Shown one piece after another: positions 11,043-23,800 of a DNA stretch of 36,568 nt (its first letter is position 1; the number at the start of each line of letters is the position of its first letter). Origin of the DNA: Nemertoderma westbladi (lineage: Eukaryota > Animalia > Xenacoelomorpha); the NCBI GenBank assembly GCA_032718475.1, contig JAUCBJ010002363.1, forward strand, positions 1 to 36,568, in the 5' to 3' direction. Below the pieces are notes generated by a model. It had not been told where the DNA came from and searched no databases. It worked only from the letters and a program-made list of their open reading frames with translations. A program made the position numbers and the translations under genes.

Positions 11043-14000
11043 GTAGGAAAGGTCCTGTATGCCCCGGACTATCACATGAGTGGGCAAGGTAGAAAAGGCC
11101 CAGTACATCCCGGACAATGAGCAGGACAAGGTAGGAAAGGTCCTGTATGCCCCGGACAATGATTGGGCAAGGTAGGAAAGGTCCTGTACGTCCCGGACAA
11201 TGAGTGGACAAGGTAGGCAAGGTCCTATACGCCCCGGACAACGAGTGGGCAAGGTAGGAAAGGTCCTGTACGTCCCGGACAATGAGTGGACAAGGTAGGC
11301 AAGGTCCTATACGCCCCGGACAACGAGTGGGCAAAGTAGGAAAGGTCATGTATGCCCCGGACAATGAGTGGACAAGGTAGGAAAGGTCATGTATGCCCCG
11401 GACAATGAGTGGACAAGATAGGAAAGGGCCTGTATGCCCCGGACAATGAGTGGACAAGGTTGGAGAGGTCCTGTAGGCCCCGGACAATGAGTGGACAAGG
11501 TAGGCAAGGTCCTATACGCCCCGGACAACGAGTGGGCAAAGTAGGAAATGTCATGTATGCCCCGGACAATGAGTGGACAAGGTAGGAAAGGTCATGTATG
11601 CCCCGGACAACGAGTGGGCAAGGTAGGAAAGGTCCTGTATGCCCCGGACAACGAGTGGGCAAGGTAGGAAAGGTCCTGTACGTCCCGGACAATGAGTGGA
11701 TAAGGTAGGAAAGGTCCTGTACGCCCCGGACAATTAGTGGACAAGGTAGGCAAGGTCCTATACGCCCCGGACAACGAGTGGTCAAGGTAGGAAAGGTCCT
11801 GTACGTCCCGGACAATGAGTGGACAAGGTAGGCAAGGTCCTATACGCCCCGGACAACGAGTGGGCAAGGTAGGAAAGGTCCTGTACGTCCCGGACAATGA
11901 GTGGACAAGGTAGGCAAGGTCCTATACGCCCCGGACAACGAGTGGGCAAAGTAGGAAAGGTCATGTATGCCCCGGACAATGAGTGGACAAGGTAGGAAAG
12001 CTCATGTATGCCCCGGACAATGAGTGGACAAGGTAGGAAAGGGCCTGTATGCCCCGGACAATGAGTGGACAAGGTTGGAGAGGTCCTGTAGGCCCCGGAC
12101 AATGAGTGGACAAGGTAGGCAAGGTCCTATACGCCCCGGACAACGAGTGGGAAAGGTAGGAAAGGTCCTGTACGTCCCGGACAATGAGTGGACAAGGTAG
12201 GAAAGGTCCTGTACGTCCCGGACAATGAGTGGACAAGGTAGGCAAGGTCCTATACGCCCCGGACAACGAGTGGGCAAGGTAGGAAAGGTCCTGTACGTCC
12301 CGGACAATGAGTGGACAAGGTAGGCAAGGTCCTATACGCCCCGGACAACGAGTGGGCAAAGTAGGAAAGGTCATGTATGCCCCGGACAATGAGTGGACAA
12401 GGTAGGAAAGGTCATGTATGCCCCGGACAATGAGTGGACAAGGTAGGAAAGGGCCTGTATGCCCCGGACAATGAGTGGACAAGGTAGGAAAGGTCCTGTA
12501 CATCCCGGACAATGAGTGGACAAGGTAGGCAAGGTCCTATACGCCCCGGACAATGAGTGGACAAGGTAGGCAAGGTCCTATACGCCCCGGACAGCGAGTG
12601 GGCAAAGTAGGAAATGTCATGTATGCCCCGGACAATGAGTGGACAAGGTAGGAAAGGTCATGTATGCCCCGGACAATGAGTGGACAAGGTAGGAAAGGGC
12701 CTGTATGCCCCGGACAATGAGTGGACAAGGTTGGAGAGGTCCTGTAGGCCCCGGACAATGAGTGGACAAGGTAGGAAAGGTCCTGTACGCCTCGGACAAT
12801 GAGTGGGCAAGGTAGGAAAGGTCATGTATGCCCCGGACATTGAGTGGACAAGGTAGGAAAGGGCCTGTATGCCCCGGACAATGAGTGGACAAGGTTGGAG
12901 AGGTCCTGTAGGCCCCGGACAATGAGTGGACAAGGTAGGAAAGGTCCTGTACGCCTCGGACAATGAGTGGGCAAGGTAGGAAAGGTCCTGTATGCCCAGG
13001 ACAATGAGTGGACAAGGTAGGAAAGGTCCTGTATGCCCCTGACAATGAGTGGACAAGTTAGGAAAGGTCCTGTACGCCCCGGACAATGAGTGGGCAAGTT
13101 AGGAAAGGTCCTGTACGCCCCGGGCAATGAGTGGACAAGGTAGGAAAGGTCCTGTACGCCCCGGGCAATGAGTGGACAAGGTAGGAAAGGTCCTGTATGA
13201 CCCGGACAATGAGTGGACAAGTTAGGAAAGGTCCAGTAGGCCCCGGACAATGAGTGGACAAGATAGGAAAGGTCCTGTACGCCCCGGACAATGAGTGGAC
13301 AAGGTAGGAAAGGTCCTGTATGACCCGGACAATGAGTGGACAAGTTAGGAAAGGTCCTGTACGCCCCGGGCAATGAGTGGACAAGGTAGGAAAGGTCCTG
13401 TACGCCCCGGATAATGAGTGGACAAAGTAGGAAAGGTCCTGTATGCCCCGGACAATGAGTGGACAAGGTAGGAAAACTCCTGTATGCCCCGGACAATGAG
13501 TGGGCAAGTTAGGAAAGGTCCTGTACGCCCCGGACAATGAGTGGGCAAGTTAGGAAAGGTCCTGTACGCCCCGGGCAATGAGTGGACAAGGTAGGAAAGG
13601 TCCTGTATGACCCGGACAATGAGTGGACAAGTTAGGAAAGGTCCAGTAGGCCCCGGACAATGAGTGGACAAGGTAGGAAAGGTCCTGTACGCCCCGGACA
13701 ATGAGTGGACAAGGTAGGAAAGGTCCTGTACGCCCCGGACAATGAGTGGATAAAGTAGGAAAGGTCCTGTACGCCCCGGACAATGAGTGGATAAGGTAGG
13801 AAAGATCGTGTACGCCCCGGACAATGAGTGGACAAGGTAGGAAAGGTCCTGTATGACCCGGACAATGAGTGGACAAGTTAGGAAAGGTCCAGTAGGCCCC
13901 GGACAATGAGTGGACAAGTTAGGAAAGGTCCAGTAGGCCCCGGACAATGAGTGGACAAGATAGGAAAGGTCCTGTACGCCCCGGACAATGAGTGGACAAG

Positions 14001-16914
14001 GTAGGAAAGGTCCTGTATGACCCGGACAATGAGTGGACAAGTTAGGAAAGGTCCAGTAGGCCCCGGACAATGAGTGGACAAGTTAGGAAAGGTCCTGTAC
14101 GCCCCGGGCAATGAGTGGACAAGGTAGGAAAGGTCCTGTACGCCCCGGATAATGAGTGGACAAAGTAGGAAAGGTCCTGTATGCCCCGGACAATGAGTGG
14201 ACAAGGTAGGAAAACTCCTGTATGCCCCGGACAATGAGTGGGCAAGTTAGGAAAGGTCCTGTACGCCCCGGACAATGAGTGGGCAAGTTAGGAAAGGTCC
14301 TGTACGCCCCGGGCAATGAGTGGACAAGGTAGGAAAGGTCCTGTATGACCCGGACAATGAGTGGACAAGTTAGGAAAGGTCCAGTAGGCCCCGGACAATG
14401 AGTGGACAAGATAGGAAAGGTCCTGTACGCCCCGGACAATGAGTGGACAAGGTAGGAAAGGTCCTGTACGCCCCGGACAATGAGTGGATAAGGTAGGAAA
14501 GGTCCTGTACGCCCCGGACAATGAGTGGATAAGGTAGGAAAGATCGTGTATGCCACGGTCAATGAGTGGTCAATGTAGGAAAGGTCCTGTATGCCCCGGA
14601 TAATGAGTGGACAAGGTAGGAAAGGTCCTGTAGGCCCCGGACAATGAGTGGACAAGATAGGAAAGGTCCTGTACGCCCCGGACAATGAGTGGACAAGGTA
14701 GGAAAGGTCCTGTACGCCCCGGACAATGAGTGGATAAGGTAGGAAAGATCGTGTATGCCACGGTCAATGAGTGGTCAATGTAGGAAAGGTCCTGCATGCC
14801 CCGGATAATGAGTGGACAAGATAGGAAAGGTCCTGTAGGCCCCGGACAATGAGTGGACAAGGTTGGAGAGGTCCTGTATGCCCCGGATAATGAGTGGACA
14901 AGGTAGGAAAGGTCCTGTACGCCCCGGACAATGAGTGGATAAGGTAGGAAAGATCGTGTATGCCACGGTCAATGAGTGGTCAATGTAGGAAAGGTCCTGT
15001 ATGCCCCGGATAATGAGTGGACAAGGTAGGAAAGGTCCTGTACGCCCCGGACAATGAGTGGACAAGGTAGGAAAGGTCCTGTACGCCCCGGACAATGAGT
15101 GGATAAGGTAGGAAAGATCGTGTATGCCACGGTCAATGAGTGGTCAATGTAGGAAAGGTCCTGTATGCCCCGGATAATGAGTGGACAAGGTAGGAAAGGT
15201 CCTGTACGCCCCGGACAATGAGTGGACAAGGTAGGAAAGGTCCTGTACGCCCCGGACAATGAGTGGATAAGGTAGGAAAGATCGTGTATGCCACGGTCAA
15301 TGAGTGGTCAATGTAGGAAAGGTCCTGCATGCCCCGGATAATGAGTGGACAAGATAGGAAAGGTCCTGTAGGCCCCGGACAATGAGTGGACAAGGTTGGA
15401 GAGGTCCTGTATGCCCCGGATAATGAGTGGACAAGGTAGGAAAGGTCCTGTATGCCCCTGAGAATGAGTGGGCAAGCTAGGAAAGGTCCTGTACGCCCCG
15501 GACAATGAGTGGGCAAGTTAGGAAAGGTCCTGTACGCCCAGGACAATGAGTGGGCAAGTTAGGAAAAGTCCTGTACGCCCCGGACAATGAGTGGGCAAGT
15601 TAGGAAAGGTCCTGTACGCCCCGGACAATGAGTGGGCAAGTTAGGAAAGGTCCTGTACGCCCCGGACAATGAGTGGACAAGGTAGGAAAGGTCCTGTATG
15701 CCCCGGATAATGAGTGGGCAAGTTAGGAAAGGTCCTGTACGCCCAGGACAATGAGTGGGCAAGTTAGGAAAGGTCCTGTACGCCCCGGACAATGAGTGGG
15801 CAAGTTAGGAAAGGTCCTGTACGCCCCGGACAATGAGTGGACAAGGTAGGAAAGGTCCTGTATGCCCCGGATAATGAGTGGGCAAGTTAGGAAAGGTCCT
15901 GTACGCCCCGGACAATGAGTGGACAAGGTAGGAAAGGTCCTGTATGCCCCGGATAATGAGTGGACAAGGTAGGAAAGGTCCTGTATGCCCCGGATAATGA
16001 ATGGACAAGGTAGGAAAGGTCCTGTATGCCCCGGACAATGAGTGGACAAGGTAGGAAAACTCCTGTATGCCCCGGACAATGAGTGGGCAAGTTAGGAAAG
16101 GTCCTGTACGCCCCGGAAAATGAGTGGGCAAGTTAGGAAAGGTCCTGTACGCCCCGGACAATGAGTGGACAAGGTAGGAAAGGTCCTGTATGACCCGGAC
16201 AATGAGTGGACAAGTTAGGAAAGGTCCTGTATGCCCCTGATAATGAGTGGACAAGGTAGGAAAGGTCCTGTATGCCCCGGACAATGAGTGGACAAGTTAG
16301 GAAAGGTCCTGTATGCCCCTGATAATGAGTGGACAAGGTAGGAAAGGTCCTGTATGCCCCGGACAATGAGTGGACAAGGTAGGAAAAGTCCTGTATGCCC
16401 CGGACAATGAGTGGGCAAGTTAGGAAAGGTCCTGTACGCCCCGGACAATGAGTGGACAAGTTAGGAAAGGTCCTGTATGCCCCTGATAATGAGTGGACAA
16501 GGTAGGAAAGGTCCTGTATGCCCCGGACAATGAGTGGACAAGTTAGGAAAGGTCCTGTATGCCCCTGATAATGAGTGGACAAGTTAGGAAAGGTCCTGTA
16601 CGCCCCGGACAATGAGTGGGCAAGTTAGGAAAGGTCCTGTACGCCCCGGACAATGAGTGGACAAGGTAGGAAAGGTCCTGTATGCCCCGGATAATGAGTG
16701 GACAAGGTAGGAAAGGTCCTGTATGCTCCGTACAATGAGTGGACAAGTTAGGAAAGGTCCTGTAGGCCCCGGACAATGAGTGGACAAGGTAGGAAAGGTC
16801 CTGTATGCTCCGTACAATGAGTGGACAAGTTAGGAAAGGTCCTGTACGCCCCTGATAATGAGTGGGCAAGGTAGGAAAGGTCCTGTATGCCCCGGACAAT
16901 GAGTAGGACAAGGT
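11004..16914 (+). repeat. 41-bp tandem array, about 144 copies; unit is the last 39 nt of exon e plus the GT donor
   Basis: Unit AGGAAAGGTCCTGTAYGCCCCGGACAATGAGTGGACAAG|GT against exon AGGCAAAGTGCTATACGCCCCGGACAATGAGTGGACAAG|GT. Confidence 0.97.
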
Positions 16915-17109
16915 ATGGAATTTATTGAATACATGCCGATCTGGTTAATAAAGTACGTCACAGATACGTCACCACAACCTAGGTGCAATCAATACAATTT
17001 TTTGCGACACTTTTATCAATTTTAATCATAACAATATCGGCGCTATATTTTACTGACATAGTTTTGCATACTGTCTGATAATCTATATTACTCAGTGACA
17101 AATAGTTAT

Positions 17110-19358
17110 AGTTGTCAAAAGAGTAAGGGGAAGCTATGGACCTTTCAATACCCTAATGGAACCAAAGCACAACTGGATTACATCCTTATAAACAAAAAGT
17201 GGAGAAATAGCATGATCAACTGCGAGGCATACAGCTCGTTCAACCTAATTGGTTCGGACCACAGAATTGTGACTGCAGAGATCAGACTCAGTTTGAGAGC
17301 CATAAAACCCAGGACAAGCAAGCAAATCAACTATGACTGGGAGAAACTCAGAACTGACAATGCTGTAAAGGATGCTTATACAGTAGAAGTTCAAAACCGC
17401 TTTGAAGCACTTCAGTCAATGGATGAAGACCAATCCACAGATTCAATATACCAGAATATAATAAAAGCCCACAAGGAATCAGCTAAGAGGCATATCCCCC
17501 AGAAACCCAAACGAAAACAGTATGTGCCATGGCAAAACTCTGAGGTTACTTGTAAGAGAGAAGATCTTAAGATAGCCTACAAAGTAAAAACCGAACAACC
17601 AACAACCGAAAACATTAACAAGGTTGAGAAAGCTAAGGACGATCTTAAATTGGCCTACAACATCAGCCAGGAAAAGTACATACATGATAAAATTGAAGCA
17701 ATTACAACTGCTCACATACAGCAACAATCAAGACTTACCTGGCAAACTGTAAATGAGGTATCTGGTCGGAAAAGTTGTGCAAAGGGGCGCCTCAAAGCCA
17801 ATAGTCCTGAAGAACGTGTTGAGAAGTGAAAAAATCACTTCAGCAACTTGCTTGGGCAGCCACCAAACATCGAGGTCAGCCCTACAAGGAAAATATATGA
17901 CAAGACACTACCTATAGAAACAGGGGACTTCACACCTGCCGAACTCCAAAGAAGCATTAAAAGCATGTCCAATAATAAAGCGAGTGGATTAGATGAAATC
18001 CCAGCGGAGGTATGGAAAACCGGAATGCTAAACAGACCATTATTGAATGTTTGCAACCGGATGTTAAAAGGAGAAAAGCCATCACCAATTTGGACTAAAG
18101 GTCAACTAAAGCCTCTCCCCAAGAAAGGAGACCTCAGTGTACCAACAAACTATCGTGGGATCTGTCTGCTTGTGGTAGCTGCCAAAATATACAATAAAAT
18201 GATTCTATATAGGATTAGGCCTCACATAGAGAAACTACTGCGTAAGAGCCAAAACGGATTTCGACCAAGTAGATCAACAATAGCTCAGATACTTGCACTA
18301 CGGAGACTTATTGAAGGAATTAAGTCATAGAATCTCCCCGCAGTCATGACTTTTGTGGACTTCAAGAAGGCATTCGACTCCATCCATAGAGGTAAAATGC
18401 TCGAAATCCTTAGAGCTTATGGGATACCAGAAGTAATTGTTGCTGGCATTGGATTGTTATATTGTGACACAGAAGCTCAGGTACTCTCACCAGATGGTGA
18501 AACTGAGTTTTTCTCAATCCTGGCTGGCGTACTGCAAGGTGACACATTAGCACCATTACTATTTGTAATTGTGCTGGATTACGCAATGAGGACAGCCACA
18601 AAGGGTGAAGACCTGGGATTCACACTTCAAGAACGCAGAAGTAGTAGATATCCGGCAACTACAGTCACAGACACCGACTTTGCGGATGACATGCCCTGCT
18701 CTCTAATACGCTAGCAGATGCACAGCTTCTACTAAATCAAGTGGAGAGGGCTGCTAAGGAGGTTGGATTGCATATAAATGCTACCAAGACCGAATGGATA
18801 GAGAGTAGTAAAAAGGACATAGAAGTTAGGAAAGCACCTAGGGGTAGCACCTTGGGTAGCTCTATCAAAAATGGATACCATCTGGAAATCAGATCTCTCC
18901 AGGCAACTGAAGACTAAGTTCTTTCGAGCCACAGTGGAAAGTGTATTTTTATACGGGGGTGAGACCTGGACACTGACTAAATCACTTGAACAGCGAATTG
19001 ATGGTTGCTACAACACAAGACTACTAAGGGCAGCCCTAAACATCAGCTGGAGACAACACATGACAAACGCCGAGCTTTATGGTACAATACCACCTGTATC
19101 AACCACCCTCCATGAACGCAGATTTAGATTCAGTGGGCACTGCTGGCGAAGTAAAGACGAGGTCCGACCAGATCTACTTTTCTGGCAACCAACTCATGGA
19201 AAGCGTACCCTTGGACGACCGGCCATAACATATATAGATCAACTTGAAAGGTATACTGAACTTGGGAGAAACGAAATTGCGACAACTATGGAGAATCGGG
19301 AAGCCTGGAAGTATCTCATTTCCACTGTCCGAGTTCGCTCGACCTAGTAGTAGTAGTA
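17110..19358 (+). mobile_element. 5'-truncated, inactivated non-LTR retrotransposon (RTE-clade-like LINE; APE endonuclease end plus reverse transcriptase) with a (TAG)n tail
   Basis: Motifs LDYILI and SDHRIV (endonuclease); NYRGICLL, QNGFRPSRST, FVDFKKAFDS, GVLQGDTLAPLLF and DFADD (RT); FSGHCWR...LFWQP C-terminus. In-frame stops at 17827 and 18328, a frameshift just after FADD (about 18692), and an apparent deletion near 18795. Clade assignment is from recalled motifs. Confidence 0.93.
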
Positions 19359-22300
19359 GAATCGGGAAGCCTGGAAGGATCTCATTTCTACTGTCCGAGA
19401 TCGCTTGAGCTAGTAGTAGTAGTAGAATCGGGAAGCCTGGAAGGATCTCATTTCCACTGTCCGAGTTCGCTCGACCTAGTAGTAGTTGGAGAATCGGGAA
19501 TCCTGGAAGGATCTCATTTCCACTGTCAGAGTTCGCTCGTCCTAGTAGTAGTAGTAGAATCGGGAAGCCTGGAAGGATCTCATTTCCAGTGTCCGAGTTT
19601 GCTCGACCTAGTAGTAGTAGTAGAATCGGGAAGCCTGAAAGGATCTCATTTCCACTGTCCGAGTTCGCTAGAATTAGTAGTAGTAGTAGAATCGGGAAGC
19701 CTGGAAGGATCTCATTTCCAGTGTCCGAGTTTGCTCGACCTAGTAGTAGTAGTAGAATCGGGAAGCCTGGAAGGATCTCATTTCCACTGTCCGAGTTCGC
19801 TCGACCTAGTAGTAGTAGTAGAATCGGGAAGCCTGGAAGGATCTCATTTCCAGTGTCCGAGTTTGCTCGACCTAGTAGTAGTAGTAGAATCGGGAAGCCT
19901 GGAAGGATCTCATTTCCACTGTCCGAGTTCGCTCGACCTAGTAGTAGTAGTAGAATTGGGAAGCCTGGAAGGATCTCATTTCCACTGTACGAGTTTGCTC
20001 GACCTAGTAGTAGTAGTAGAATCGGGAAGCCTGGAAGGATCTCATTTCCACTGTCCGAGTTCGCTCGACCTAGTAGTAGTAGTAGAATCGGGAAGCCTGG
20101 AAGGATCTCATTTCCACTGTTCGAGTTCGCTTGACCTAGTAGTAGTTGGAGAATCGGGAATCCTGGAAGGATCTCATTTCAACTGTCCGAGTTCGCTCGA
20201 CCTAGTAGTAGTAGTAGAATCGGGAAGCCTGGAAGGATCTCATTTCAACTGTCAGAGTTCGCTCGACCTAGTAGTAGTAGTAGTAGAATCGGGAAGCCTG
20301 GAAGGATCTCATTTCCACTGTCCGAGTTCGCTCGACCTAGTAGTAGTAGTAGAATCGGGAAGCCTGGAAGGATCTCATTTCCACTGTCCGAGTTCGCTCG
20401 ACCTAGTAGTAGTAGTAGAATTGGGAAGCCTGGAAGGATCTCATTTCCACTGTACGAGTTTGCTCGACCTAGTAGTAGTAGTAGAATCGGGAAGCCTGGA
20501 AGGATCTCATTTCCACTGTCCGAGTTCGCTAGACCTAGTAGTAGTAGTAGAATCGGGAAGCCTGGAAGGATCTCATTTCCAGTGTCCGAGTTTGCTCGAC
20601 CTAGTAGTAGTAGTAGAATTGGGAAGCCTGGAAGGATCTCATTTCCACTCTACGAGTTTGCTCGACCTAGTAGTAGTAGTAGAATCGGGAAGCCTGGAAG
20701 GATCTCATTTCCAGTGTCCGAGTTCGCTAGACCTAGTAGTAGTAGTAGAATCGGGAAGCCTGGAAGGATCTCATTTCCAGTGTCCGAGTTCGCTAGACCT
20801 AGTAGTAGTAGTAGAATCGGGAAGCCTGGAAGGATCTCATTTCCACTGTCCGAGTTCGCTAGACCTAGTAGTAGTAGTAGAATCGGGAAGCCTGGAAGGA
20901 TCTCATTTCCAGTGTCCGAGTTTGCTCGACCTAGTAGTAGTAGTAGAATCGGGAAGCCTGAAAGGATCTCATTTCCACTGTCCGAGTTCGCTCGACCTAG
21001 TAGTAGTAGTAGAATTGGGAAGTCTGGAAGGATCTCATTTCCACTGTCCGAGTTCGCTTGACCTAGTAGTAGTAGTAGAATCGGGAAGCCTGGAAGGATC
21101 TCATTTCCACTGTCCGAGTTTGCTCGACCTAGTAGTAGTTGGAGAATCGGGAAGCCTGGAAGGATCTCATTTCCACTGTCCGAGTTCGCTCGACCTAGTA
21201 GTAGGAGTAGAATCGGGAAGCCTGGAAGGATCTCATTTCCACTGTCCGAGTTTGCTCGACCTAGTAGTAGTAGTAGAATCGGGAAGCCTGGAAGGATCTC
21301 ATTTCCACTGTTTGAGTTCGCTCGACCTAGTAGTAGTAGTAGAATCGGAAAGCCTGGAAGGATCTCATTTCCACTGTCCGAGTTCGCTCGACCTAGTAGT
21401 AGTTGGAGAATCGGGAAGCCTGGAAGGATCTCATTTTCACTGTCCGAGTTCGCTAGACCTAGTAGTAGTAGTAGAATCGGGAAGCCTGGAAGGATCTCAT
21501 TTCCAGTGTCCGAGTTTGCTCGACCTAGTAGTAGTAGTAGAATCGGGAAGCCTGAAAGGATCTCATTTCCACTGTCCGAGTTCGCTCGACCTAGTAGTAG
21601 TAGTAGAATTGGGAAGCCTGGAAGGATCTCATTTCCACTGTATGAGTTTGCTCGACCTAGTAGTAGTAGTAGAATTGGGAAGCCTGGAAGGATCTCATTT
21701 CCACTGTCCGAGTTCGCTCGACCTAGTAGTAGTAGTAGAATCGGGAAGCCTGGAAGGATCTCATTTCCACTGTCCGAGTTTGCTCGACCTAGTAGTAGTT
21801 GGAGAATCGGGAAGCCTGGAAGGATCTCATTTCCACTGTCCGAGTTCGCTCGACCTAGTAGTAGTAGTAGAATCGGGAAGCCTGGAAGGATCTCATTTCC
21901 ACTGTTTGAGTTCGCTCGACCTAGTAGTAGTAGTAGAATCGGGAAGCCTGGAAGGATCTCATTTCCACTGACGCTCGACCTAGTAGTAGTTGGAGAATCG
22001 AGAAGCCTGGAAGGATCTCATTTCCACTGTCCGAGTTTGCTCGACCTAGTAGTAGTTGGAGAATCGGGAAGCCTGGAAGGATCTCATTTCCACTGTCCGA
22101 GTTCGCTCGACCTAGTAGTAGTAGTAGAATCGGGAAGCCTGGAAGGATCTCATTTCCACTGTCCGAGTTTGCTCGACCTAGTAGTAGTTGGAGAATCGGG
22201 AAGCCTGGAAGGATCTCATTTCCACTGTCCGAGTTCGCTCGACCTAGTAGTAGTAGTAGAATCGGGAAGCCTGGAAGGATCTCATTTCCACTGTCCGAGT

Positions 22301-23248
22301 TCGCTCGACCTAGTAGTAGTAGTAGAATCGGGAAGCCTGGAAGGATCTCATTTCCACTGTCCGAGTTCGCTCGACCTAGTAGTAGTAGTAGAATCGGGAA
22401 GCCTGGAAGGATCTCATTTCCACTGTCCGAGTTCGCTCGACCTAGTAGTAGTAGTAGAATTGGGAAGCCTGGAAGGATCTCATTTCCACTGTCCGAGTTC
22501 GCTCGACCTAGTAGTAGTAGTAGAATCGGGAAGCCTGGAAGGATCTCATTTCCACTGTCCGAGTTCGCTCGACCTAGTAGTAGTAGTAGAATCGGGAAGC
22601 CTGGAAGGATCTCATTTCCACTGTCCGAGTTCGCTCGACCTAGTAGTAGTAGTAGAATCGGGAAGCCTGGAAGGATCTCATTTCCACTGTCCGAGTTCGC
22701 TCGACCTAGTAGTAGTAGTAGAATCGGGAAGCCTGGAAGGATCTCATTTCCACTGTCCGAGTTCGCTCGACCTAGTAGTAGTAGTAGAATTGGGAAGCCT
22801 GGAAGGATCTCATTTTCACTGTTCGAGTTCGTTCGACCTAGTAGTAGTTGGAGAATCGGGAAGCTTCAAAGGATCTCATTTCCACTGTCCGAGTTCGCTC
22901 GACCTAGTAGTAGTTGGAGAATCGGGAAGCTTCAAAGGATCTCATTTCCACTGTCCGAGTTCGCTCGACCTAGTAGTAGTTGGAGAATCGGGAAGCCTGG
23001 AAGGATCTCATTTCCACTGTCCGAGTTCGCTCGACCTAGTAGTAGTAGTAGAATCGGGAAGCCTGGAAGGATCTCATTTCCACTGTCCGAGTTCGCTCGA
23101 CCTAGTAGTAGTTGGAGAATCGGGAAGCCTGGAAGGATCTCATTTCCACTGTCCGAGTTCGCTCGACCTAGTAGTAGTAGTAGAATCGGGAAGCCTGGAA
23201 GGATCTCATTTCCACTGTCCGAGTTCGCTCGACCTAGTAGTAGTAGTA
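19293..23248 (+). repeat. 66-bp tandem array, about 60 copies, of the LINE 3' terminus plus its (TAG)n tail
   Basis: Unit GAATCGGGAAGCCTGGAAGGATCTCATTTCCACTGTCCGAGTTCGCTCGACC(TAG)4TA. Copy 1 encodes the LINE C-terminus NREAWKYLISTVRVRST*. Confidence 0.97.
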
Positions 23249-23388
23249 TTAAAATTACATTTTAACAAATTTTTCTCAATTTCTCGTTAATCCATTATTT
23301 AATAATTAGATAATTAAAAACGAATGTTTAAATTATTATCGATAAGTTTATGTTTCTGAGTTTATAATTTTATATAATCGCGTTTTAG

Positions 23389-23515
23389 AATGATTATTAA
23401 GGAAGTCAATGAAACTTTCAAGTTTATTGCTGAAACTAAGAACTCTCTTATCGGTACTATGGAAATCAACATGACCTCAATAGAAGTCTTATCGGAACGT
23501 CTTCAGTCATTTACA
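23389..23515 (+). CDS. ABCA-family transporter, exon f (not in the ORF track)
   Basis: cgttttag|a atg to aca|gtgagt, phase 2/0. Joined to exon e it reads ...APDNEWTRMIIKEVNETF, matching ABCA1 TPDTPATRQVMAEVNKTF (recalled). Confidence 0.92.
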
Positions 23516-23800
23516 GTGAGTAGACACTTTTACTCGTAGTTATGGCAACTATTAGAAGAACTATAATTTGGGGTTATATAATGTGTTAGTTACATAATGA
23601 AAGAATTTATGAGAGAGTTTACATAACCAATGGGATTACTGAAAAACTGGGGATCAATTTTAGATAACAAATTCCAGTACCGGTAAGTAATTATTATAAT
23701 CCCGTCTATAAATCCCACGCGAAGCTACATTAATAATTTAAATAAGATAGTGTTTAAAATAATTAGGCCTGTAATAATTTATGAATAAAGCAGAACTGGA

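Noticed and set aside
11001-16911. Many minus-strand ORFs of the MSGAYRTFPTLSTHCPG type
   Set aside because: These are translations of the 41-bp repeat cycling through all frames, with no unique coding content.
11004-16914. CRISPR-like or other prokaryotic repeat-spacer array, considered for all arrays
   Set aside because: Units are contiguous with no unique spacers, there are no cas genes, and the context is a spliceosomal gene.
797-16914. Common origin of the two 41-bp arrays
   Set aside because: They share length only. The sequences are unrelated and each matches its own local junction.
17080-23270. Target-site duplication around the LINE plus its array
   Set aside because: Only a short TATTA match in AT-rich sequence, which is not convincing.
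19589-23290. 790-aa and 594-aa ORFs as repeat proteins
   Set aside because: The 66-bp unit is a multiple of 3, so two frames stay open by chance. The native LINE frame stops in every unit.
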